Of a DNA stretch of 64,000 nt, positions 20,357 to 31,339 are shown piece by piece (position 1 is the first letter of the stretch; the number at the start of each line of letters is the position of its first letter). Below the pieces are notes generated by a model that had not been told where the DNA came from, ran no database searches, and saw nothing but the letters and a program-made list of their open reading frames with translations. Source of the DNA: Candidatus Babeliales bacterium (GTDB lineage: Bacteria > Babelota > Babeliae > Babelales > JACPOV01); NCBI GenBank assembly GCA_050250855.1, contig JBFWNW010000004.1, forward strand, positions 64,001 to 128,000, in the 5' to 3' direction. The translations under genes were made by a program, and so were the position numbers.

Positions 20357-21277
20357 TTACTTACCAACCTCGCATGATGTTTTTGCCGGCAAGGTGCGTA
20401 CAACAACTTCTTGTTGCGCTACGCGTTCTTGGCAATCAGTGCTGCAGGTGTTGCCACTTTTTTCAAGGCACGGTGCGCATGCAGTAAACTGCTTATTGCA
20501 GAATGCATTGATGCAGTTGGTGTATTCATCACACGGCTCATTGCACAGTTCACAATGACTCAAAACATCATTGTTTACTTTCATGGCAATGCGGCCATCA
20601 AAGACGTAATTTTTGCCACGGAAAAAGCCGTCAGGAAACTTTTCTACATAGCGATGAATGCCACCTTCAATTTGGTATACTTCTTTTGCTACATTTTTTA
20701 ATTTAAGAAGTGCAGAAGCGCGTTCACAGCGAATGCCGCCCGTGCAGTACATTAAAACTTGCTTGTCTTTAAAAAGATCCAAGTTTTTTTCGACGTACTC
20801 AGGGAACTCTCTGAATGTTTCAATATCAGGAACGATAGCATTTTCAAACTTACCGATTTTTGCCTCAAACGCATTGCGCGCATCAAGGATAACTAAATCT
20901 TCAGGCTTTTGGGCAATCAGTTCATGTGTTTGTTCAGGCGTTAAATGCTTGCCGCCATGTTCAGGGGTAAGCTCTCGTGGGTCAATGCCCAAGCGGACTA
21001 CCTCAGGGCGTACCTTAACTTTGAGTTTAGGAAAACAATCAGCATTGGCCATGCTTTCTTTATAGTCAACATCAGCAAACAGTTCATGCGCTTTCATAAT
21101 TGCTACGTATTGGTCTGCCGCTTCTAGCGCGCCGCCAACGGTGCCATTGATGCCTTCATGGGCAATCAAAATACGGCCCTTAAGGCCTAGCTTTTCGCAC
21201 AGTTCACGCTGCCAGTCACGCAGTGCTTCTGGATTTTTGATTTCGATGTATTTGTAAAAAAGTATAATTTTATTCAT
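20357..21277 (-). CDS. trhO: tRNA uridine(34) hydroxylase, rhodanese-related (YceA/TrhO)
   Basis: ILFYKY, GRILIAHEGINGT, DARN, MYCTGGIRCE, GGIHRY, YVFDGR, Cys-rich C-terminus; ATG at 21277. Confidence 0.93.
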   Translation of the reverse strand: MNKIILFYKYIEIKNPEALRDWQRELCEKLGLKGRILIAHEGINGTVGGALEAADQYVAIMKAHELFADVDYKESMANADCFPKLKVKVRPEVVRLGIDPRELTPEHGGKHLTPEQTHELIAQKPEDLVILDARNAFEAKIGKFENAIVPDIETFREFPEYVEKNLDLFKDKQVLMYCTGGIRCERASALLKLKNVAKEVYQIEGGIHRYVEKFPDGFFRGKNYVFDGRIAMKVNNDVLSHCELCNEPCDEYTNCINAFCNKQFTACAPCLEKSGNTCSTDCQERVAQQEVVVRTLPAKTSCEVGK

Positions 21278-21316
21278 AGTACCTGTACTATAGCAAAAAA
21301 AATGGCTTTTGTACAT

Positions 21317-21347
21317 AAAAAGTCCCCGGCTTTTGATGGCCGGGGCT
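21317..21347 (-). terminator. Intrinsic terminator (duplicate of 22157-22187)
   Basis: CCCCGGC-ttttgatg-GCCGGGG with U-tract on the minus strand. Confidence 0.8.
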
Positions 21348-21381
21348 GTAGAATCAAAAAATTAAACTTATGATTGTCTAT

Positions 21382-22026
21382 CTATTTTTGGTTTTCAAGA
21401 TCTGCAGCAATATCCAATATTGCATCGATAAGTTCTAGAACTTGTTCTTTGAGTTGGGCTACAGCAGGAGAATAATCAGGAATATGTTTAACTAGGTTCT
21501 TGCTTATTTCGAGCATTTCAATCTCTTTATGGTTACGAACTATTTGATTGAGTAGGGGGCTGCTAATGATCATACCTAACTGCATATGAAAGCCTTTTAA
21601 ATAATTTATAGCCTTTTTTTCGTTTGGAAAGAGATCTTTTGCAGCGTTTTGGTTTATCTCGGATAGGAATTCTTCTTTAGCTTTAGCCACTTTTGTTTTG
21701 CATTCTTCCTTAGACTCTCGATCTATAAAAATTTTTTTTAGTCTTTTTACTTCCCTAGAACCATGATCGGGTATGTTTTTTAGTTCTAAAAGCATGTATT
21801 GAGAAGGAAATGCTTCACAAGGAGCATCATTAAACACAATATTGGCAGCTTCAATGATTTTTAGATGTATATTGACTCTTTCTTCTCTTAATTTCAGAAT
21901 AGAATCATCTTTTGTTGGATATAGTATTTTAGCGCGTTCTATTTCTCCAGAAGCAAAAAGATCGTTTGAGCCTTTAAGCTGAAAAGCTATACAAAGCAGG
22001 GCAAGAGAAAAAATCTGTTTTTTCAT
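21382..22026 (-). CDS. Hypothetical secreted helical protein (array B)
   Basis: MKKQIFSLALL signal peptide; own terminator. Confidence 0.75.
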   Translation of the reverse strand: MKKQIFSLALLCIAFQLKGSNDLFASGEIERAKILYPTKDDSILKLREERVNIHLKIIEAANIVFNDAPCEAFPSQYMLLELKNIPDHGSREVKRLKKIFIDRESKEECKTKVAKAKEEFLSEINQNAAKDLFPNEKKAINYLKGFHMQLGMIISSPLLNQIVRNHKEIEMLEISKNLVKHIPDYSPAVAQLKEQVLELIDAILDIAADLENQK

Positions 22027-22156
22027 AAGAAGCCTTTATGTAACAGTGGTTTTGTAAAGTATTGTACTATGACCAAAATATCATTTTTTTTTTTTATATC
22101 AAGTAAAAGTTTTTTGGATAGTATGTGCTAATTGGCATTTTAGAGAATTGGGGTAT

Positions 22157-22187
22157 AAAAATACCCCGGCTTTTGAGGGCCGGGGGT
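22157..22187 (-). terminator. Intrinsic terminator
   Basis: CCCCGGC-ttttgagg-GCCGGGG with U-tract on the minus strand. Confidence 0.8.
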
Positions 22188-22206
22188 GTGTTTTTCTAAG
22201 CGGCAG

Positions 22207-22767
22207 TTATTTTATTCCTTGGCCAACATCTGCAATTGTACTACGTAGCTTTAAAAATTCTTTCCACAAAAATGCATTAAGATCTTCTTCTTCAGGAAAC
22301 TGTTTTACAATTTCTGGATGTTCCTCAATATAACGATTTTTGAATACTAAAAATTTTTCAGCAAATTTTTGCTGTAAGCACTCATTTTGCGAGGGGTATG
22401 GTTTTAGTTTACTCGCCAATTTTTTAGCGTCAGCCATGAGTGTTTTTGCGACTTCCTTTTTGATCATATTGTCTTTTGAAAGAATAGGAAATGTATCAAG
22501 TCTATTAATAGTACTATCTATTTTATCTATCGAGCGTTGAAAGCTAGCAATTTCTTTTTCTGATAATGAGCTATAGCTTAATGAACCACATGTTTTGTAT
22601 TTTTGATAGTTATGAGAGGTTTTTGCTAAAGGCTCGATATTTTTTCTGAGTATATAAGAACTTTCTAGCGCTACATTGTGTGCATTATCAATGGATGATT
22701 CTAGACTAAAAATATTGTCCGAGTAACACGTTATAAGGAGTGCAAGCGCTAAAATCTGTTTTTTCAT
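22207..22767 (-). CDS. Hypothetical secreted helical protein (array B)
   Basis: MKKQILALALL signal peptide; own terminator. Confidence 0.75.
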   Translation of the reverse strand: MKKQILALALLITCYSDNIFSLESSIDNAHNVALESSYILRKNIEPLAKTSHNYQKYKTCGSLSYSSLSEKEIASFQRSIDKIDSTINRLDTFPILSKDNMIKKEVAKTLMADAKKLASKLKPYPSQNECLQQKFAEKFLVFKNRYIEEHPEIVKQFPEEEDLNAFLWKEFLKLRSTIADVGQGIK

Positions 22768-22934
22768 AAAAAACCTTTATGCTGTAATGATTTTGTAAAA
22801 TAGTATCAGTTAACAATGCCATTTTTTATAGTTTCTGCAACTAAAATATTCTTTGGCTTTTAGGCTCGTTGCAGCTTTTTCTTTTTTCTCTTACACTAAA
22901 GCAATATAAAGTTACAGATAAAAAGGTTTTTTCA

Positions 22935-25274
22935 ATGAAATTATCACTTTCATGGATATTTGATCATATTGTTGGTTCATGGCACAAGCAGGATATTCCG
23001 GCGCTCGTGCAAAAGTTTAACCAAACAACGGCAGAAATTGAGAGCTTTAAAAAGGTTACGCTCCCGCTGCAAGAGCTCTTTTTAGTGCGCGTAGTGCGCA
23101 ATGAAGAGCAAGCAACTCTTGCTAGCTGCCCTGAATTAAAGCAAGAATTAAGTTTACCGCAGCGTCCCGGGGCTCTTGTTGGTGCTGTTTATATGATAAG
23201 AAAAACGGCAAAAAATTTCCGTTGGGCAGAGCTTGCAGATCTTTTTTCAGCAAAAGAGGGATTGGTTCCTGCGCTTTCTTGTGCAGAAGATGAGCTTGCT
23301 GGTGGTTGGAAAAAAAGTATAGAAGCAGAAGATTACATTTTTGAGCTTGATAATAAATCAATTACCAATCGTCCTGATTTGTGGGGCCACCGTGGTGTTG
23401 CGCGTGAAATTGCAGCACTTTTGCAGCTTACGCTTAAAGATGAAAAAGATTTTTTGGCCGATATTCCTGAAAAGCAGTATGAAAAATCTGCTGCAGCAAC
23501 AAAAACAGATCCCTTCAGTACAGAGATTCATGATAGTGCCGCAGCGCCACGTTTTGCAACCTTATACGTGAGTGATGTTGCATATCGAGCTTCATGGCTT
23601 TGGATGGCGTGCCGCCTTGCGCGTGTTGATGCGCGTCCTATTGATGCCATTGTTGACCTGACGAATTATGTAATGCTTGATTTAAGTGAGCCGATGCATG
23701 CTTTTGATGCTGCAAAAATTGGCACTAAAACGATTGGGCCACGTTTTGCACAGCAAGGACAAAAACTTACGTTGCTTGATGGGCAAACTATTGAGCTTAC
23801 TAAGCATGATCTTGTTATTAGTGATGGCAAAGAGGCACTTGCTTTAGCAGGCATTATGGGTGGGCTTGCAACGGCCGTAACGCCAACAACAACATCACTT
23901 CTTTTAGAGGCTGCATGTTTTGATGCTGGCACTATTAGAAAAAGTTCCCAGCAGTTTCATATTCGAACAGAAGCATCTGCTCGTTTTGAAAAAAGTTTGG
24001 ATCCTAATCAAAATGTTGCTGCATTACGGCGCTTTGTGCATTTAGCGCATGCTGAAAAACTTCCTATGGTGGTTGCAGAACATATAGTTTCTTTAGGAAA
24101 ACCGGCACAACCAAAAGTTATAGAACTGTCTCAGGATTTTATTGAAAGCCGTATTGGCACTGTACTACAACAAGATTTTATTATTAAAACATTGCAAGAA
24201 CTTGGCTTTAGTGTTGAGCACCTTAAAAAAGATGGCGTATCGCTGTATCGCGTTACCGTGCCGACGTTCCGCGCAAGCAAAGATATTACTATTAAAGAAG
24301 ATATCGTAGAAGAAATAGCACGCTTTTTTGGGTATGATAACATTCCATTAGTGGTGCCCTCATTGCCAATCAAGCCATCAGATAACAGTGCTGTTTATAT
24401 AACGCGCACTATCAAAGAGATTTGTGCTTTCGGTATGCAAGCACATGAACAACAAAATTATGCTTTGTATGATGAGCAGTTTTTGCAGGAGCTTTCGTGG
24501 CAGCCAGCTAATGCAGCACGCTTAAAAAATCCTCTTTCTGAGCATTGGCAGCGTTTGGTCACGTCGCTTATTCCTCATCTTGTTAAAAATATTAAAGATA
24601 ATGTAGTGCACCAGGATGATCTGCGCTTTTTTGAAATCAATAAAATATGGTCTGAGGATAAAAAAGATATTACTGAGCAAACTTCATTGGCCGGTATTTT
24701 TTATGAAAAAAAGAAAGCGGTTGATTTCTATCAAGCAAAAGAGTGTTTAACAGCATTGTTTCAAGCACTGGGCATTACTGCTTCTTGGCAGAAAAAAGTA
24801 AAGCCAGAGCAACCATGGTATCACCCGTATCAAACGGCCGTATTGTATGCTGATGATGTATTGCTTGGTTATGCCGGGATGCTTAATACTGGATTTACGA
24901 TGAACGTTTTAGAAGGGGATGCATTTTTATTTGAGCTTGATATGCAAGCATTACTTACCTTAGCGCGTAAAAATAGTCACAAACAATTTAAGCCGTTGCC
25001 AAAATTTCCAGGAACATCATTAGATGTGAGTATGTTTGTGCCACTTTCAGTAACAGTTGGTAATCTTACGCAAATAATTCAGGATGCTGATAAGCGTATT
25101 ACCTCTGTCGCGCTGGTTGATTTTTTCCACAAAGAAGAGTGGGGCGATAAAAAATCTATCACTATGCGTTTTGAAGCATGCGATCCGGATAAAACATTAA
25201 GTAAAGAAGATATTGACGCGCTTTATGCACAGGTTCTTGCTGCGCTTAAAAAAGTTCATGCGGTTGTGCGATGA
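22935..25274 (+). CDS. pheT: Phenylalanyl-tRNA synthetase beta subunit
   Basis: [56 protein letters not shown]-terminal FDX-ACB; ATG at 22935. Confidence 0.96.
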   Translation: MKLSLSWIFDHIVGSWHKQDIPALVQKFNQTTAEIESFKKVTLPLQELFLVRVVRNEEQATLASCPELKQELSLPQRPGALVGAVYMIRKTAKNFRWAELADLFSAKEGLVPALSCAEDELAGGWKKSIEAEDYIFELDNKSITNRPDLWGHRGVAREIAALLQLTLKDEKDFLADIPEKQYEKSAAATKTDPFSTEIHDSAAAPRFATLYVSDVAYRASWLWMACRLARVDARPIDAIVDLTNYVMLDLSEPMHAFDAAKIGTKTIGPRFAQQGQKLTLLDGQTIELTKHDLVISDGKEALALAGIMGGLATAVTPTTTSLLLEAACFDAGTIRKSSQQFHIRTEASARFEKSLDPNQNVAALRRFVHLAHAEKLPMVVAEHIVSLGKPAQPKVIELSQDFIESRIGTVLQQDFIIKTLQELGFSVEHLKKDGVSLYRVTVPTFRASKDITIKEDIVEEIARFFGYDNIPLVVPSLPIKPSDNSAVYITRTIKEICAFGMQAHEQQNYALYDEQFLQELSWQPANAARLKNPLSEHWQRLVTSLIPHLVKNIKDNVVHQDDLRFFEINKIWSEDKKDITEQTSLAGIFYEKKKAVDFYQAKECLTALFQALGITASWQKKVKPEQPWYHPYQTAVLYADDVLLGYAGMLNTGFTMNVLEGDAFLFELDMQALLTLARKNSHKQFKPLPKFPGTSLDVSMFVPLSVTVGNLTQIIQDADKRITSVALVDFFHKEEWGDKKSITMRFEACDPDKTLSKEDIDALYAQVLAALKKVHAVVR

Positions 25275-25765
25275 AAAAATTAGTTTCATCCTTGAGCGTA
25301 TTCAGTCTTGTATTGTTTTTGGATCGTGTAACAAAGTATTGGGCGTATCACTACGCGCAGCATACTATTGCTATTAATAAGTTTTTTTCTTTATCACTTA
25401 CGTTTAATCGTGGCATTTCATGGGGTATTGGCAATGGGGCATCTTCAGCAACCTTTGTACTAATATCCTGTATGGTTGCGATTCTTTGCAGCTCATTTGG
25501 TTACTATATGGTACAGCGCTATCAAGAAGGAAGCTCTATAGTGCCTGAGCTTTGTATTTTTGCTGGCGGTATTTCTAATGTTATAGATCGTGTTTGGTAT
25601 CATGGCGTTATTGATTTTATTGAGCTTCATTATGGCGCGTGGTATTGGCCATCTTTTAATGTTGCAGATATGGCGATTGTTATTGGTGTTGTGATTTTGA
25701 TGGTTAAGATGTTAATACCCGTTTACGGCGAAAATTTTTCAAAGAAAAATATATCGAATTTGTGA
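25271..25765 (+). CDS. lspA: Lipoprotein signal peptidase
   Basis: [31 protein letters not shown]. Confidence 0.95.
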   Translation: MKKLVSSLSVFSLVLFLDRVTKYWAYHYAQHTIAINKFFSLSLTFNRGISWGIGNGASSATFVLISCMVAILCSSFGYYMVQRYQEGSSIVPELCIFAGGISNVIDRVWYHGVIDFIELHYGAWYWPSFNVADMAIVIGVVILMVKMLIPVYGENFSKKNISNL

Positions 25766-25777
25766 GTTAATTATTTT

Positions 25778-25912
25778 CCGTTCGTGGTGAGGAGCAAACT
25801 TATTTAGTTTGCGTCTCGAACCATACGGAATCCTGAAAAAATATATAATTTTTTAATTTTGAGTTCGAATGGTTCGAGACGTTTTTCTTCGAAAAACCCT
25901 CACCACGAACGG
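25778..25912. repeat. REP-like inverted doublet, type B
   Basis: ccgttcgtggtgaggagcaaact..agtttgcgtctcgaacca ... tggttcgagacg..ccctcaccacgaacgg. Confidence 0.92.
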
Positions 25913-25962
25913 GATATATAACTTTAGCAAATATTGTTCTTAGGCAGAATTTACGTTAATTT

Positions 25963-26445
25963 ATGAATGATTTTATTAATATGAAACATATAATGAATCG
26001 ATTTTTTCTTACCTTAAGCACCATGGGTCCTATTGGTTATTTTAAAGCGCCTGGGACCATGGCAAGTCTTTTTTCTTTACCCATTATTTTTTGCATGCAT
26101 CGCCTTTCATTACCTATGTACCTAATGGTTGTCGTTCTCAGTTTTTGCATTGCTTTTATAGGTATAAAAAAATCGTTACTATTTTTTAAAAAACATGATC
26201 CATCAGAAATTGTCATAGATGAATATGTCGGTTGTTTGGTAACATTTTTGGCATTTCCCAAAACGCTTGTAACCCTTTTTTGGGGTTTTATTTTTTTTAG
26301 ATTTTTCGATATTGCAAAATGCTGGGGCATTAAATCGTGTGAACGTTTACATGGCGCTCTTGGTGTGCTATGTGACGATGTTCTTGCTGGCGTTTTTGCT
26401 AATATTTTCTTGCACATATTTTTCTTTTTAATGTCATATGTATAG
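25963..26445 (+). CDS. pgpA: Phosphatidylglycerophosphatase A
   Basis: APGTMAS, HDPSEIVIDE, FRFFDIAK, GVLCDD; start may be 25981 or 25993. Confidence 0.92.
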   Translation: MNDFINMKHIMNRFFLTLSTMGPIGYFKAPGTMASLFSLPIIFCMHRLSLPMYLMVVVLSFCIAFIGIKKSLLFFKKHDPSEIVIDEYVGCLVTFLAFPKTLVTLFWGFIFFRFFDIAKCWGIKSCERLHGALGVLCDDVLAGVFANIFLHIFFFLMSYV

Positions 26446-27097
26446 TATTGTTAATGCCTATCAAAAGATTATTTCACTTATAATGCCGCCATTTTGCGCT
26501 GCATGCCATGCATTTCTTGCAGGACAACAAGTGTTGTGTGCTTCTTGTGCCGAGCGTATTAAACCAGTAATACCAGTGCACGTTAACATTACCAAGCGCT
26601 ATCAAATGACGGTGTATGCCGTTGCGGCTTATCAAGATCCTTTAAGAAAAATTATTATTGCAAAGCGGTATTCACAGCGTACTGCAGCGGTGCAACTTGC
26701 CACGTTTATGAATAACTATTTAGAAGAATATAATTTTGCCTGCGATCTTTTTATTCCCATCCCACTTCATTGGACACGGTATGCATGGCGTGGTTATAAT
26801 CAGGCAGAAATTATTGCAGCGTATCTTGCAAAGAATAATAATAAACCGTTGGTTTCTTGTCTTTCAAGGATTAAACGAACACCGTTGCAAGTGAGCTTGA
26901 GTATTGATGAACGTGAAGATAATGTAAAAAATGTTTTTTCACTTTCTGAACACATGAAAGACCAGCTCAAAGATAAACATATTGTGCTTGTGGACGATGT
27001 TATGACAACGGGAGCAACGTTGCGAGCAGCAGCAAAAGTACTTGCACAAGCGCGGCCGGCCTCAATTTCAGCGATTGTTGCAGCACGGGTAATTTGA
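26438..27097 (+). CDS. comF: ComF-family phosphoribosyltransferase-like protein
   Basis: CxxC..CxxC, PIPLH, RGYNQ, LVDDVMTTGATL. Confidence 0.9.
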   Translation: MYSIVNAYQKIISLIMPPFCAACHAFLAGQQVLCASCAERIKPVIPVHVNITKRYQMTVYAVAAYQDPLRKIIIAKRYSQRTAAVQLATFMNNYLEEYNFACDLFIPIPLHWTRYAWRGYNQAEIIAAYLAKNNNKPLVSCLSRIKRTPLQVSLSIDEREDNVKNVFSLSEHMKDQLKDKHIVLVDDVMTTGATLRAAAKVLAQARPASISAIVAARVI

Positions 27098-27178
27098 GTT
27101 TTACTGTTGTTGTGATAGGCTACAAAGTCGTAACAAAAAAGTAATCGTTAAGTTTTTACATGCAGAAGGAGCATCGTT

Positions 27179-28246
27179 ATGAATAAAAAAATTTTTAGTT
27201 TATCAGCTCTCGTAACATCTTTGATTGTGCTATCAAGTTGCGACTGGGGCAAAAAAGAAGAGGTAAAAAAAGAAACTTCTTCAACAGCGCAAGAAAGTAC
27301 AGCAGCGCCAACAGGAGAAGTGCTCTTGACCATTAACGGCAAGCCAGCTATCACGACATCACAGTTTGAAGAGTACAAAAATTCTGTTCTTGATGCACAG
27401 CCACAATTAAGACAACTTATGGCGTTTATGCCTGATGCTGAAATGGAACTTTTCAAAAGCATGGCCAATGAAATTATGTTGAAAAATTGGATTGAAAAAC
27501 ATGGTATTGATAAACGTGCAGATTATCAAAAAGATCGTCGCATGGGCCAAGAATTTTTAGATCGTCAGCTTGCTATCAAATATTTCCAACAAGAATATCC
27601 AAAAATGGCAAAAGTTGAAGTAACTGATGCAGAAGCCAGAAAAATTTATGACGAAAAGAAAGAAACTACTCCTGAACTTATGATCTCTCAAGGTGGTATT
27701 ACTATTGAGCTCGTTGAATTCAAACAAGAAGCTCCTGCAAAAGAGTTCTTTGAAAAGGTAAAAGAAGCGGGCAAAGACTTTATGCAAGTGGCAAAAGATG
27801 CACAATTAAAGCCTAAAGAAATAAAAGGCGTAAATGGCCAATCGTTTGAAGTAGATGGTGCCGTGCGTGAAAAAGTTACAAAAATGAGCAGATTACCGGC
27901 TACTGAACTGATTAAAGGCAAAGATAAGTTCTTTGTCGTGCGTGCTGTGGTAAAAGATGAAGCAAAATATGTACCATTTGAACAAGTTAAAGAGCCAATC
28001 AAGCAACAACTTAAGGCGCAAAAGCTATTCACTGAAGAGCTTGATAAGTTGAGAAAAGATTTTGATATTCAAGAAAATAATGCCTTCTTTGAAAAACAAA
28101 AACAAGCTCGTCAAGAAGAGCTAGAACGCATGAAAGAAGAAGCCCAAAAACAAATGCAAAAAAAACAAGCGCAAACAACAGAAAAGTCTGATAACCCTGT
28201 CGTAGCGCAGAATAGTCAGAAAGCTGCTGTTGTAAAAGGTGCATAA
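27179..28246 (+). CDS. Lipoprotein foldase (PrsA/PpiC-like)
   Basis: Lipobox-like LSSC, VLLTINGK, PFEQVKEPIKQQL; degenerate parvulin region. Confidence 0.7.
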   Translation: MNKKIFSLSALVTSLIVLSSCDWGKKEEVKKETSSTAQESTAAPTGEVLLTINGKPAITTSQFEEYKNSVLDAQPQLRQLMAFMPDAEMELFKSMANEIMLKNWIEKHGIDKRADYQKDRRMGQEFLDRQLAIKYFQQEYPKMAKVEVTDAEARKIYDEKKETTPELMISQGGITIELVEFKQEAPAKEFFEKVKEAGKDFMQVAKDAQLKPKEIKGVNGQSFEVDGAVREKVTKMSRLPATELIKGKDKFFVVRAVVKDEAKYVPFEQVKEPIKQQLKAQKLFTEELDKLRKDFDIQENNAFFEKQKQARQEELERMKEEAQKQMQKKQAQTTEKSDNPVVAQNSQKAAVVKGA

Positions 28247-28284
28247 GAGCTTGAGCTTTAGCGCTGATAGACGTATACTAGATG

Positions 28285-28317
28285 GGGAATCTACTAAAAG
28301 GTAGGTTCCCCGTTTTA
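28285..28317 (+). terminator. Putative terminator hairpin
   Basis: GGGAATCTAC-taaaag-GTAGGTTCCC followed by cgtttt. Confidence 0.55.
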
Positions 28318-28348
28318 GTTTAAAAAATCGCATACTATTTGAGAGCAT

Positions 28349-29320
28349 ATGAAGAAAATTGTATTAGTTTTTATCACAAGTTTATGGATGGTGCCAGTTA
28401 TCTGTCGCCCGGTAAGAAAAAGAGTCGTTAAAACAACTCATGCAGAGCAAAAAGAGCTGTTTTCTGTCAAATCAAAGACGGGAGCTCATTTGAACAGTGC
28501 CGATCATGCAGATAAGAAGGTTGATGCGGATACAGCTTCAAGGAAGTTAGTTGATAAAGTTGAGGCGATTGTTCATGGTCCAGAGCGTAGCCAAATTTTT
28601 TGTAAATCAGATCAAGCGCGCCGTGGCATTGACGGTAGAACGCGAACACTTGAAGATAGTATTACTGAAGAGCTTTTTTACCAAGAAGCGATACGCTATA
28701 AAATTCCTATAGATGATAACGTTGTCAAACAACATTTGGAAAAAACATTGCAAGGTTTTGGCTTAAAATCTGGTGATGAATACAATATTTTTGCCCAAGA
28801 AGGGTATACGTACCAAGAAGGTTTTGAACGCTTCAGATTAATGTACGCCAATAATGTGATGGTTGATTATAAAGTGCGCCAAGGAATGTTGATTCCAGAA
28901 GATGAGGTTATTTCTTATTACAACAAGCATCCTATAGAAAAGCAGCCAAAATATCAGCTGCAAATGTCCTATGTTTCTGACCGTGGCAATAAAAAAGAGA
29001 CAAACAAAAAGCTTGAAGAGTTTGTACAAACGGGAAAAGGTTTTGACATTCAATGGAGTGATCCTTACTGGCTTTTAGAGCAAGATATTGCTGAGGGGCT
29101 TGAATTTATTACTGCTATGGAACCTGGTGCTATTAAAAAACAAAAAGTTTCTGACGGCTTTCAGCTTTTTCAGCTGAAGGCAAAAAAATCAAGACGCTTT
29201 GTTTCTCTCAAAAAGCGCTATCGTGATATTATGGTCAGACTACAAAAGCCAAAATTTGAAGAGACTTTTGAAAAATATCGCAAATCGCTCTTTGATGCAG
29301 CAACAATTGTACATATGTAA
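28349..29320 (+). CDS. SurA-like periplasmic chaperone
   Basis: LVDKVEAIV, ITEELFYQEA..I.I.D..V, EDEVISYY; C-terminal helix typical of SurA. Confidence 0.7.
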   Translation: MKKIVLVFITSLWMVPVICRPVRKRVVKTTHAEQKELFSVKSKTGAHLNSADHADKKVDADTASRKLVDKVEAIVHGPERSQIFCKSDQARRGIDGRTRTLEDSITEELFYQEAIRYKIPIDDNVVKQHLEKTLQGFGLKSGDEYNIFAQEGYTYQEGFERFRLMYANNVMVDYKVRQGMLIPEDEVISYYNKHPIEKQPKYQLQMSYVSDRGNKKETNKKLEEFVQTGKGFDIQWSDPYWLLEQDIAEGLEFITAMEPGAIKKQKVSDGFQLFQLKAKKSRRFVSLKKRYRDIMVRLQKPKFEETFEKYRKSLFDAATIVHM

Positions 29321-29322
29321 GT

Positions 29323-30099
29323 ATGAAAAAGCTTCTAGTAACTTTTTTAATCTTAACAAATGTACTTTATGCAGCTGATAACCAAATGAGCGAAAAGAAT
29401 TTTGCTAAAGTTTTGGAATCTTCCGATCTTGAAAAGATTGAAGAGTATTTAAAAATAAATCCAACTGATCTGAATAAACTTATATCTAATGGTTTTTGGA
29501 TAAAATTTTCTTATAAAGATTTTGATTCTGTTGCTATTCCTTTTCTTCTGCCTCTTGAGTATGCTGTTTTGTCAAATAATAAAGGTATGGCAGAACTTCT
29601 TTGCCGCTACGGGGCAGATCCTAATGCTTACGATTTTAAAATTCTTTATAGTGCAGTTTGGTATGGTCTTTCCGATTTTTTACCATTCTTACGTGATCAT
29701 GGGTTGAATTATGAAAATAAGATTGGCATGAATCTTTTACATTGTGCTTGTGAATCAAGAAGCAGGATAGATGCTCCAGAGCTTGTGGCAACTATACTTA
29801 CGTTATGGGGACCATCTATGCTTGAAGAAAAAGAGTTTAAAACAGGATTAAAGCCCTTAGAATATGCACAGCAGACTAACTATAAATCATCGTATATGGT
29901 TGCATTTGCATTACGTGATAAAGAACTTTTAGAAAACCAGATGGACAAGGTTAGAGAAAAAATAATGCATGAAAAGATGCAGTCTCAAAGAGTACCAAAT
30001 CTAACTTCTTATCTTTTTAATCGAGAACTTGGCATGAGCAATGTGGATATGATGCATCAAAGTAATTTAGAAAACTACTTTCAGCAACAAGAAAAATAA
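29323..30099 (+). CDS. Secreted ankyrin-repeat protein
   Basis: Signal peptide; PLEYAV..NNKGMAELLCRYGADPN, LLHCAC, PLEYA. Confidence 0.8.
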   Translation: MKKLLVTFLILTNVLYAADNQMSEKNFAKVLESSDLEKIEEYLKINPTDLNKLISNGFWIKFSYKDFDSVAIPFLLPLEYAVLSNNKGMAELLCRYGADPNAYDFKILYSAVWYGLSDFLPFLRDHGLNYENKIGMNLLHCACESRSRIDAPELVATILTLWGPSMLEEKEFKTGLKPLEYAQQTNYKSSYMVAFALRDKELLENQMDKVREKIMHEKMQSQRVPNLTSYLFNRELGMSNVDMMHQSNLENYFQQQEK

Positions 30100-30106
30100 A
30101 CTGATC

Positions 30107-31339
30107 TTAACTAACTTCTTTTTGACTGATTTCCTCTTGTAATTGTAAAGCTTTTTCAATAAGCATTTCTTTTTGCGGCGTCAGTTCAGGTTTTGACGTA
30201 AAATAGGTTTCAAGCAGATCTTCTAAACTCATATCAATTTTCATAGCAGCGCGTTGTTGGCGGCGTTTCTGTTGATGCACGGGAATAATGCCGACAATAT
30301 CATGCGCAGCATTGCACGCGCGCTGTACTGCATTTAAATCAACGGTATCAGCAGAACCTTCTTGTAGATAATAAATAATTTTTACCACGGCATCTTTAAG
30401 ATCATGCTGCTGTAATGCTTCTATAATCTGGTTGGTTTGTGATTCTTGATTTAATTCAACATCAACTTGAATAAAGGGGCGTTGCGGTGTTTTGATAAAT
30501 TCATAGGTTGTTTTTTCTTTACTATGAATGGTCACCAGACAAAATCCTTTATCTTCTTTACGCTCGCCAAAATCTATGCGTTCAATAGAACCAGAATAAA
30601 CAACCGGAGGATGTCCTTTGAGGTTTAAATCTTGAAAACGATGCAAGTGGCCGAGTGCAACATAATCAAACGGTTTTATCGCAAGTTGTGAAGGTAAAAA
30701 TACAGGATCGTTACCGTAAATGGCGCGTTTTTCTGAGCCTGAAAAAATACCGGAACTGACTGTTAAGTGGCCCGTAAGAATGGCAGGTAAGGTTGGGTCA
30801 AGAGTTTCGGCTAAATGATTAATAATATTGCTTGCAGATTTTGCAATATAATCAGTTAATTCAAAAGAAGATTTAAAACTATGCTTTTCAGAAATAGCAA
30901 TCGTATTGCGCGTTGGCCACGGCATACCGACAATTTGTAAAGGACCATGTTTTGTTTGCAAGGTAAGTGCTGTTGGTTTACCAATAACATGAAAGCCATC
31001 AAGTGGCAGATCGCCAAAAACATCTAACGTATTTGCTTTGCCAAAACTTAAGGGATTATCATGATTTCCTACTACAATAACGGCAGGTATTTTTGCTTTA
31101 TGCAAGCGCAATAATGCACGCAGCAATAAGCGTTGTTGCGTGGGGCTTGGATTTGTTGTTTTATACGCATCGCCGGCAATTAAAAATGCATCAACACCTT
31201 GTTCAATAGCGCAATCAATGGCAGCATTAAATGCTTTATCAAAATCAAGCAAACGGGTGTGAATGCCCGTTTGAGGATCTATGCGGCCATAATTTTCCAT
31301 GCCGTAATGAATATCAGCGGTGTGAATAAAACGTATCAT
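30107..31339 (-). CDS. sbcD: SbcD/Mre11 nuclease subunit
   Basis: HTADIHYG, AGD, GNHD, YVALGHLH, YSGSIERIDFGE. Confidence 0.93.
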   Translation of the reverse strand: MIRFIHTADIHYGMENYGRIDPQTGIHTRLLDFDKAFNAAIDCAIEQGVDAFLIAGDAYKTTNPSPTQQRLLLRALLRLHKAKIPAVIVVGNHDNPLSFGKANTLDVFGDLPLDGFHVIGKPTALTLQTKHGPLQIVGMPWPTRNTIAISEKHSFKSSFELTDYIAKSASNIINHLAETLDPTLPAILTGHLTVSSGIFSGSEKRAIYGNDPVFLPSQLAIKPFDYVALGHLHRFQDLNLKGHPPVVYSGSIERIDFGERKEDKGFCLVTIHSKEKTTYEFIKTPQRPFIQVDVELNQESQTNQIIEALQQHDLKDAVVKIIYYLQEGSADTVDLNAVQRACNAAHDIVGIIPVHQQKRRQQRAAMKIDMSLEDLLETYFTSKPELTPQKEMLIEKALQLQEEISQKEVS

